From the IMG/VR virus record IMGVR_UViG_3300036046_000003, positions 8,428-72,427 of that record: a stretch of 64,000 nt of DNA; one strand, written 5' to 3'. This stretch comes from a virus. The stretch's first letter is position 1; each line of letters opens with the position of its first letter. A program made the translations under genes and the position numbers. The notes beneath the pieces were generated by a model that saw only the letters and a list, made by a program, of their open reading frames with translations, had not been told where the DNA came from and made no database searches. Below, piece after piece: positions 56,446-64,000 of this stretch.

Positions 56446-56843
56446 TAGGCGCTCCGTTGCCGATTAGCTTTGCGCGTAGCCGACACCAGGGCACGCGCCC
56501 GGTTGGCCGCTACTTCGACGCTGCGCGAAACCTCTTCAAGGGTTCCGATTTTAGCGAGCTTACCTACGAGCTGCCACGCCGCGATAGCGTCCTCGTGGTG
56601 CGCACCTACGCCGCGTTCGGCGGCCCGTCGAAGCTCGTTTACTACCTCGGCGGCTGCGGCCCGGATATTCGCGCCGTAGTGCGGGGATACCTCGTCTCGG
56701 ATAACGACACGACAGTTGGAGGCCCCCCGAGCCTCCGCAATCGTTTCGGCCCGACGCGCATCTGCGCGTTCCCACAGCTCTAAAATCCCTTCGACAGTGG
56801 CGACGCGGTTAGAGATCAGGGTCAACGCTACGTTGGTTTGCAT
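56445..56843 (-). CDS. Hypothetical early protein
   Basis: Part of track ORF 56445..56960; start uncertain. Confidence 0.45.
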   Translation of the reverse strand: MQTNVALTLISNRVATVEGILELWERADARRAETIAEARGASNCRVVIRDEVSPHYGANIRAAAAEVVNELRRAAERGVGAHHEDAIAAWQLVGKLAKIGTLEEVSRSVEVAANRARALVSATRKANRQRSA

Positions 56844-56938
56844 TCGAGTGTACTCTCTACGAAGGGCGGCGTCCTTCGCCGCCGTGCTCTGATTGTAGGG
56901 GGACGTTACACAGCGGTCTACTAACGCTTCGCGGCGGC

Positions 56939-57295
<357 letters not shown>

Positions 57296-57575
57296 CTATC
57301 GGGTGCGCGCCAAAGAGTAGCGCCGCTAAGGTACTGCGTTTGGTAGAGCCAATCGCCCTGCCCTCTCGCCACGAGAACAAGCGCCGTCGTGATAATGTTC
57401 TGGTTGTACGCGCCCTCTTCGCTAAGGTTCTGCGATAGTGTTTCCGCCGTTCGTTCCGTTCGCGTGAAGTCCGCAAGCTGTCGGTTACGCATTTTCACGG
57501 TTAGTGCCCTCTTGCTAGTCCTACGCCCACGAGAAGGGCCACCACGGGGCGGCCCCTCTACGTTGACGTACAACC

Positions 57576-58328
57576 TTACTCGCCCGCACAACGGCGAATA
57601 TCCTCTAGCGTCTCTTCGTTACTCGCGAACCAGTTAGGAATACGCTTTAGAGACGGGTCGCTGGCCTGATAAATCAGGGCTGCTGCCGCGTTCGTTCCTA
57701 ACCGCTCCTCTAATGCCGCCCCCGCTTCTCCTGCCAGCATTACAATCCAGCCCGCCCTACAATGGGTTGTCCCGCAGTGCCTTCTACTCATAGCTAGCCC
57801 GCCCGTAGAGACCGCTTCGTAGAGCGCCTGGTGAATGTCGGGCACTACGGGGATACCGTCAGGGAGAAAGGCCCCGCTCAGGTCGGCCCCGCTCAGGTTG
57901 GCCCCGCTCAGGTTGGCGTAGCGCAGGTTGGCGGCGCTCAGGTCGGCGTCGCTCAGGTTGGCCCCGCTCAGGTTGGCCCTGCTCAGGTTGGCGTTGCGCA
58001 GGTTGGCCTCGCTCAGGTAGGCGTAGCGCAGGTCGGCCCCGCTCAGGTAGGCGTCGCTCAGGTTAGCCCCGCTCAGGTTGGCCCCGCTCAGGTTGGCGGC
58101 GCTCAGGTTGGCCTCGCTCAGGTAGGCCCCGCTCAGGTCGGCGTCGCGCAGGTTGGCGGCGCTCAGGTTGGCCTCGCTCAGGTAGGCCCCGCTCAGGTCG
58201 GCCCCGCTCAGGTTGGCCCCGCTCAGGTTGGCGTAGCGCAGGTTGGCGTAGCTCCGGTCGGCGCGAATGCCGTTAGGGTCGCCGTTCAACCAGAGCTGAT
58301 GGTTAGCGAGCACTTCGGTGATATTCAC
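57576..58328 (-). CDS. Pentapeptide repeat protein (longer paralog)
   Basis: More A(N/D/Y)LSG repeats, same N- and C-terminal domains as 55674..56201; GTG start at 58328. Confidence 0.9.
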   Translation of the reverse strand: MNITEVLANHQLWLNGDPNGIRADRSYANLRYANLSGANLSGADLSGAYLSEANLSAANLRDADLSGAYLSEANLSAANLSGANLSGANLSDAYLSGADLRYAYLSEANLRNANLSRANLSGANLSDADLSAANLRYANLSGANLSGADLSGAFLPDGIPVVPDIHQALYEAVSTGGLAMSRRHCGTTHCRAGWIVMLAGEAGAALEERLGTNAAAALIYQASDPSLKRIPNWFASNEETLEDIRRCAGE

Positions 58329-58356
58329 GACTAGGTACCTTTCTGTAGGTTGCTTC

Positions 58357-58725
58357 TTACGTAGACCGGGGGCGAACGTCGTCCGCTGAAACCCAACCCT
58401 CTTCTTCGGGCGCTTCGGGCCAATGAACCAGATACGGGAGGTCTCTATCGCAATCATCTACCTCTACAACCTCCCCGGCGATCCAACTGCCCTTGACGTA
58501 TACCTCTACGGCGTCTCCCTCTTCGTAAAGCAGCGCGTCCGGGTAATCCCCGTCCGCGTTCGCGTCCGGGTCAGGAACAAATTCGTTCCTGACGGCCCAC
58601 TCTACCGCGTCCGAAAAAGACAGTTCGTAAACGAGTGAGCTAATCAAGTTCTGCGCAGTTGCGTTCAGGCCCGCGTGGTTGTCGAACAGCGATCCTAGCA
58701 AGTCTTCTCGATTGACGTAGACCAT
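58357..58725 (-). CDS. Hypothetical protein with Tudor/SH3-like C-terminus
   Basis: GD.VEV...G.W..GEV......YLVHW......WV....VRP. Confidence 0.6.
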   Translation of the reverse strand: MVYVNREDLLGSLFDNHAGLNATAQNLISSLVYELSFSDAVEWAVRNEFVPDPDANADGDYPDALLYEEGDAVEVYVKGSWIAGEVVEVDDCDRDLPYLVHWPEAPEEEGWVSADDVRPRST

Positions 58726-58744
58726 AGTCGTAGTCTCCTCTTTT

Positions 58745-59158
58745 CTACTCAGCCGCTACAAACGTTACACGACCGACGCGGGCCAACACGTCCACCGGGC
58801 AACGTAGCGCGTAATCCGGGTACCAGAACAGCGTAGTGACTTTCCAAAGTCGCCCGGTTTTCGTTCGGTGTACGTTGTCTGACTTAGCCAGAATAGGCGC
58901 GTCTGTGAGCGCCCCCACTTCTTCGGGGGCGATAAACTCCCACCATCCACCCGTAATGTGGTCTTCTAGAAGCTCGGCCAGCTTCGTATCGCTTACCCAT
59001 TCGCGGGAGTTGACGTATTCGATTACTTCCCGTCCCTCTTCGGTAAGCTCTAGCGTCATCGAATAGAGCTTTCCGGCTGTTCGGCGCACAATCAGGTTGA
59101 CGTAGCGGCCCTCTTCCAACGTCTCCGTTCCCAGATCCTCTAGCTGTAGCGTTGTCAT
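58745..59158 (-). CDS. Hypothetical early protein
   Basis: AAGGAAG RBS before MTTLQ. Confidence 0.55.
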   Translation of the reverse strand: MTTLQLEDLGTETLEEGRYVNLIVRRTAGKLYSMTLELTEEGREVIEYVNSREWVSDTKLAELLEDHITGGWWEFIAPEEVGALTDAPILAKSDNVHRTKTGRLWKVTTLFWYPDYALRCPVDVLARVGRVTFVAAE

Positions 59159-59230
59159 TGCAGCTTCCTTACTGGTTAGTCCTAAGCCCATAAGTGCGCT
59201 CTTCGCAGAGCGCACCCTATCGGCCTACAA

Positions 59231-59713
59231 CTAGGCGGGCCACTCTTCCAAAAGCGCTTGCGCCTGTTCGCCGTGATATACTTTGTTGCGAGCCTTTTCG
59301 CGTTGCCAGTAACTTACAGAGCGGTTATCGTCCGACGCCCAACTATCCAGAAGCGCCGCAGAAGCAATACCTTCTGCTAGAACCAGTTCCAATTCGGCGC
59401 GTAACTCTCTAACCGCTTCGGCTACTAAGTCCTCGTAATAGCCACCCGTCTTAAAGTCCTGTTCGTTCAGGTAAGAGCACCCGCCACGAAACGCGGTTCC
59501 TATGGCAACTTTTCCACTAACGCCGACGGCCCCGCTGTATGCCACCGCCTGAACGGACACGGAAGTCCACGCCCATTCGTTGCCCCGCGCCAACTGGTTC
59601 CGCACCCAATGAAGAGTGTCCGCGTCCTCAAAGTGGTCATCAGGGCGGTGGTCGTACTCTGGTTCAAGGCAAACGTCGATTTCTACAAAGGCGGGGATTG
59701 TGTCGGCGCTCAT
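59231..59713 (-). CDS. Hypothetical early protein
   Basis: 160-aa ORF with RBS. Confidence 0.55.
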   Translation of the reverse strand: MSADTIPAFVEIDVCLEPEYDHRPDDHFEDADTLHWVRNQLARGNEWAWTSVSVQAVAYSGAVGVSGKVAIGTAFRGGCSYLNEQDFKTGGYYEDLVAEAVRELRAELELVLAEGIASAALLDSWASDDNRSVSYWQREKARNKVYHGEQAQALLEEWPA

Positions 59714-59759
59714 TGGTTTGTCCTGTTTCTAGCCGCGTTTGCGGCGTATTACTTCGCAA

Positions 59760-60083
59760 TTAGTCGTTGTTGGTCTTCGCATAGGCCAGAACCTCTGCCG
59801 CCGTCCAAACCAGAACCGATACCAGCAAGCCAGCCGAGTCAGTACACCTATTTTGCGCCGCCAGGAACGCGGGAACACTGTCATACCCCGCAGAACCTAC
59901 CGCGTATTCGTAGACGAGATCGTAAATCTCTTCGTCAAACTTATTCCAGAGGGCTTTCAAGTCCGAAGAATAGGTAAGGCCCGCGTATCCGGTATCGGCT
60001 CCGTGGTTGGTTATGTCTGCAAGCTCACTGCGAGTGAAATTGGCTGAAAGCCAGCGGTCAAACGACGTTGCGCGGATAATCAT
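59760..60083 (-). CDS. Small acidic phage protein
   Basis: DI..HG.D.G..GL.Y..D pattern. Confidence 0.6.
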   Translation of the reverse strand: MIIRATSFDRWLSANFTRSELADITNHGADTGYAGLTYSSDLKALWNKFDEEIYDLVYEYAVGSAGYDSVPAFLAAQNRCTDSAGLLVSVLVWTAAEVLAYAKTNND

Positions 60084-60151
60084 TGGGGTATATCCCTTCT
60101 CTACTATTGTGCGGTTAGTGCAGAACTACGTTAGAGGACGGTAGGGTCTAG

Positions 60152-60748
60152 CTAGTCCTCCCAACTATAGCCGAGTGCTTCCAACGCTTTGGCTAGTTCG
60201 TCATCGTTCGGGTATCCGCCCTGATCGTCGCGATTGTCAATCGCTCCCGGGTCGTGATTCCACAACCAGCGAATTACCCCTTCGGCAGCGGCGTCGGCTT
60301 CATCGGCGCTGAAATAGAAGGGCGACATTCGCAGACCTTGACAGACGTTTTCGTACAGCGCTTCGCGTTCGCGCTCGCTGTAATCGTCCTCGTCCAAGAC
60401 CGGATAATCGTCTAGTCGCGCTTGCAGCTCGCAATACGTTGCAAACGCGGGGGTAATCGCGCCGCCCGTGGCGTATACCCGCAACTCAAAACCGTCTACG
60501 TACCCTACCGCCCAATGCGAATGGCAAATCTCTACTACGTCGTCCGGGAAGCGTGCCAGCGCCTTTGCAATCGCCGCCGCGTTGCTTTGGTCTAGCAGCC
60601 CGCTATCGCGATTGTGCGTGTAGACGATAGCCCAGCTAGCGTCTTTGTCGCCAAAGTAGGCGAAGTTGGTAAAGCGGCGAAAGTTTCCGGTAAGTGCTAC
60701 GGCGGCGGCTTCAACGTCGTTCCAGTTGGTTCCTGCGTAGGCGCTCAT
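60152..60748 (-). CDS. Conserved phage early protein
   Basis: RDS..L..SN, HWAVG, L.DYPVLDEDDYS.RE. Confidence 0.65.
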   Translation of the reverse strand: MSAYAGTNWNDVEAAAVALTGNFRRFTNFAYFGDKDASWAIVYTHNRDSGLLDQSNAAAIAKALARFPDDVVEICHSHWAVGYVDGFELRVYATGGAITPAFATYCELQARLDDYPVLDEDDYSEREREALYENVCQGLRMSPFYFSADEADAAAEGVIRWLWNHDPGAIDNRDDQGGYPNDDELAKALEALGYSWED

Positions 60749-60821
60749 TAGTGTTGTCCTTCTGTGATAATTCCTCGACCCATAACGGCGCTTGTGCAAG
60801 CGCCGCCTATCGGGCGACAAA

Positions 60822-61277
60822 CTACGCGAGCTGTAGCGCGGATACCAAGATCCGCGCAGGATCGAATTCGTCCGGGTCTACGTCGTCAAATTGGACAAAC
60901 ACCACTTCTTCGTTCGTGTGGCTGTGCCCGGTTACAACGCCGAGGGCGTCGCCATACGCGACGCGGGAACCGACAGGGAAATCTACCGACGTGACACGCC
61001 CCTCTAGTTCCTCTTCTTCCGCGTCGGGGTCGCCGTACGCGCTTTCGATCTCTGCGTTGCAATCTTCGCAGTAGACAATCGGCCCTTCGTAGTAGACTTC
61101 ACCGGCTTCCAAACCGCCAAAGTCGGCAGGGGCGTCTGCGTCTACCGAACGCGCACAAGCAGGGCAGATCCAGCAACCGTCGTCAGTGACGTACAAAACC
61201 GGGTAGCAACCTGTCTCGGTGTAGCTCATCAGTTGCCCGTCACGGTCGCGATAATTCTTCAACTTGTCGGCGCTCAT
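60822..61277 (-). CDS. Cys-rich early protein
   Basis: YP......DG...CP.C...YYEG....C..C...IESAYG. Confidence 0.6.
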   Translation of the reverse strand: MSADKLKNYRDRDGQLMSYTETGCYPVLYVTDDGCWICPACARSVDADAPADFGGLEAGEVYYEGPIVYCEDCNAEIESAYGDPDAEEEELEGRVTSVDFPVGSRVAYGDALGVVTGHSHTNEEVVFVQFDDVDPDEFDPARILVSALQLA

Positions 61278-61727
61278 AGGGGTGTATCTCCTGTTGGTCG
61301 CGGCGCATTTGCGACGCCGCGACCGTAGATAGCGGCAGGGTCTTAACCTAACCTAGCCAGCCGGGGCGGCAAATTTCGTGCGGGAAGTGATAGTTTTCGT
61401 CGGAGGGATCGTCGTTCGGGGCCGTGATAATCAGCACTTCCCTTGTTACCGGGTGGAAGCTGTAACCAACTACCTGACTGTAGCGATACGGCTTTTTGCC
61501 GTAGCGCTTGCGTACCTCTGTACCGATAGGCCACGCCTGTGCGGTTAGGTTCAGGTGGATAAGGTCGGTGGAGCGGATAACCACAGGCACCTCACTAGTC
61601 GAGAAGCCGCCACAACGCGCCGACAACGAACGGCACAAGCACGAAGGCGAACAGGAACCAGATCGCAAGCGTCATAGTAAATTGTCCTGTGATTGTGCGC
61701 TAGCGCGTTGTGTTACTTCGCAGCGCT

Positions 61728-62039
61728 TTAAAAGTCGTCATCGTCAATCCGCCAGAAACCGAAGTCCGCACCGTCGCCAGGGTGTGCGCCGAAGCAGTAA
61801 CCGTCTGGCGCGTTCGCGTGCAGCGCGTCGATCAGATACTCAACTAGTTCCGTCGCCTCGGCGTACAAATCCTCTGGAAAGTACACAGCTTCCAGACCCG
61901 CGTATACGTCGTCCCACCTGGCCGCGTACCGCGACGCAGTTGTCGGCGCGAGACTTTCCAGAACGCGGGTAAACTCTGGAATAAGATCCTCGCTGCGCAG
62001 CGTCCCACAGATAACGGTGCCGCCTTCGAACCTGCTCAT
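61728..62039 (-). CDS. Conserved phage early protein
   Basis: GTLR..DLI..F, AP.GY.FGAHPGDGADFGFW. Confidence 0.65.
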   Translation of the reverse strand: MSRFEGGTVICGTLRSEDLIPEFTRVLESLAPTTASRYAARWDDVYAGLEAVYFPEDLYAEATELVEYLIDALHANAPDGYCFGAHPGDGADFGFWRIDDDDF

Positions 62040-62618
62040 TGCTGATCCTCTCTTGCGTAGCATTTGTACACCAATGGCCCTGCGTTTTGTTGTTCCGATT
62101 ACGCAGGAAACGGATTGCGCTACTTTAGCCTTAGCGCCGTTAGGCCAATGCGTTTCCTTCTAGCTGTATTGTCGGTTTGCCGTTCTGTCCTACTCTGTCT
62201 CCAGAGCTAATGACGTACTAGGTACCTATTTGCTACAGCACTTAACGTACAGGGTTAAGGCTAGAAGAGAGAGCCGTAAGAGTAGCGTACACTCACTAGG
62301 CCGGTTCTCTGTTGTGTGTTTCGTATGTTTGCGCGTCACCCCTTGCGTTTGTTGGCCGTTTGTGTTGGCCGCGTTTGTTTCGTGAGTGCATCATAGCATA
62401 ATGCCCCGCTAGACAGCCTTTACCGCGTTGCAAAGCAGTAAAACGCTGTTGCTGATAATTTCTCCGCAAACGCGGTTTAACGCTTTGCAACGCCGTAAAG
62501 CGGGGCTTGTATTTTGACCTACACTGCTCCGTGTAAAAGATTAGAGGAACCTGATAGGAAGGTGATATTTTGAGGGAAAACGGCCTTTGCCTAGCCGACA
62601 ACAGGTACCGACCGGCCC

Positions 62619-62806
62619 GAGGGCAGCTCTGCGAGAGGGCGACGTTGGCGAGAGGGCAGCTCTGCGAGAGGGCGACGTTGGCGAGAGGGCAGCTCTGCGA
62701 GAGGGCGACGCTGGCGAGAGGGCGACGCTGGCGAGAGGGCGACGTTGGCGAGAGGGCAGCTCTGCGAGAGGGCGACGTTGGCGAGAGGGCAGCTCTGCGA
62801 GAGGGC
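62619..62806 (+). repeat. Tandem array of 16/17-bp units (GAGGGCAGCTCTGCGA / GAGGGCGACGYTGGCGA) next to an AT-rich tract
   Basis: 11 units, order ABABABBBABA, followed by AT-rich 62810-62860. Confidence 0.92.
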
Positions 62807-63423
62807 GGGTTAATTGTTGAGTAACTTACGTAAATAAGTAACTTAAGTGATTTACTTAAGAACGCTTCGTGGCGCAAAGTCAACGTAGGCGGCCCGCCCC
62901 ACCCCGCAATGACGCGCTGCGTTATGGCGCTCCGCTGGGAGGGCGATGCGCAGCAACGAAAAGCAGCGCGGCGCGGCACCGCGTTTAGCGCGTCCTAATG
63001 CGGAGAACTGATGATAATAGACATTATCAGAAGGCAACCGCCAAAACGCGGCTTTCCGCATTAGGACGCCTTAAACCGCGCAGGTGGGGTATAGGGGGTA
63101 GTAGGGAGGGGGCGCGGGCGCGTAGGGCCGGTCGCCTCCAATTTTCAAAATCCCTTTTTGCGCGTATACCGCATTAGGACGCCTAACACAAAGTTTCGGC
63201 CCAAATAAGGTACGCAGGCGGGCGTTTCCACTAAAAGAAAGCCCACTTGTAGGCCGACAGAAACACAAAAAGCGCCCCTTGCCAGTGAGAGTGCGAAACG
63301 AGAGACGTTTCACTGGCAAGGGGCGCTCGAAAAGAGCCGTTTGCGCGGTACCGTCGCGCTATTCGATTCTTATTTTCAAAAAGGGGGGCGTTTCCGCCCA
63401 GGACTACCAAAGCGATACCCCGG

Positions 63424-63513
63424 CTCCTAGAATGACCTACAAGGGGGCTAGGAAGCTCCAGGAGCGACGATAGAACCAAAAGGGTACTCTGAGTAGGCTA
63501 CTTCTACTTCGCA
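63424..63513 (+). repeat. Stand-alone sub-module A of the long repeat element
   Basis: CTAGAATGACCTACAAGGGGGCT...CTACTTCGCA matches 23251-23338. Confidence 0.9.
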
Positions 63514-63721
63514 TTCGCGAAGAGGGACTACAGGGTCAACCTGTTCGGGGAAAAGGGGATCGGGGTCGGAGAGGGCGTCATCGCGGGTGATCCTCCCTGG
63601 AAAGTGCGCCCAGGCGGAGGTCGCTTGTTTTACCGGCGCGGGCCTCGTTTTGACGTTCGCAGCAGACAACGGCATAAAACCTCCTTTTGCACTAACTGCA
63701 CTTCTTACAGAGACACACGCG

Positions 63722-64000
63722 CTAGAATGACCTACAAGGGGGCTAGGAAGCTCCAGGAGCGACGATAGAACCGGAAGGGTACTCTGAGTAGGGTACGTCT
63801 ACTTCGCAACTGCGAAAAGACGCGCCGCTTCTTCCAGAGTTGTGCATTAACTGCACAAGGCTGTGAAAAGTTTCACAATCCAAATAGTTGAACAGAGAGG
63901 ATCTTTAGGAGAGAGTTCTCGGAAGAGCGGGAGCTGGAATAGCCTACACAAGCCCGATAGGGCGAGTGGGGATCTTGTCCTCTTGTTCTTCGGGCTTGTG
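63722..64000 (+). repeat. Long non-coding repeat element, copy 4 (cut by window end)
   Basis: Near-identical to 23251-23529. Confidence 0.95.

Noticed and set aside
57831-58334. + strand AQVGP repeat ORF
   Set aside because: Antisense shadow of the pentapeptide repeat gene
59190-59203. MOBQ oriT-like TAAGTGCGCTCT
   Set aside because: No relaxase present; the match is part of an intergenic hairpin
59174-59232. Integron attC sites in the early region
   Set aside because: GTT/AAC ends are in the wrong order for RYYYAAC...GTTRRRY, and the recombinase shows no evident IntI-specific insertion
62296-62979. 227-aa ORF and opposite-strand ORFs across the tandem repeat
   Set aside because: Open only because of low-complexity repeats; no RBS or recognisable domain
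63008-63035. Hammerhead ribozyme (CTGATGA)
   Set aside because: No GAAA after the putative stem II; CTGAT pairs with the downstream ATCAG instead

Overview
The window is most of the genome of a temperate tailed phage or prophage, probably infecting a filamentous Chloroflexota host (inferred from one small gene and not verified). The + strand (1-32 kb) holds a large serine recombinase, terminase, T4-like portal/protease/capsid, a glycoside hydrolase plus two glycosyltransferases, an Acb2/Tad1-like gene, a non-contractile tail with a -1 frameshifted chaperone, tape measure, tail fibre and lysis genes. The - strand (32-52.7 kb) holds replication and nucleotide genes, an atypical 114-nt tRNA-like RNA, and an FtsK/membrane-protein/HTH/tyrosine-recombinase block with a palindromic repeat array. 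A second tail-fibre gene, a - strand cluster of small early genes and a non-coding right end follow. Best candidates for new biology: (1) a ~0.7 kb mosaic non-coding element present four times, carrying TGTGA-N6-TCACA boxes, hairpins and a micro-inversion; (2) a TraB/Spd/clt-like dsDNA-spreading module inside a virion-forming phage; (3) 15 dispersed copies of a 13-bp TGCA-N5-TGCA motif; (4) the tRNA-Pro-like RNA with a giant variable arm. All functional calls come from motif recognition by eye; no database searches were run.
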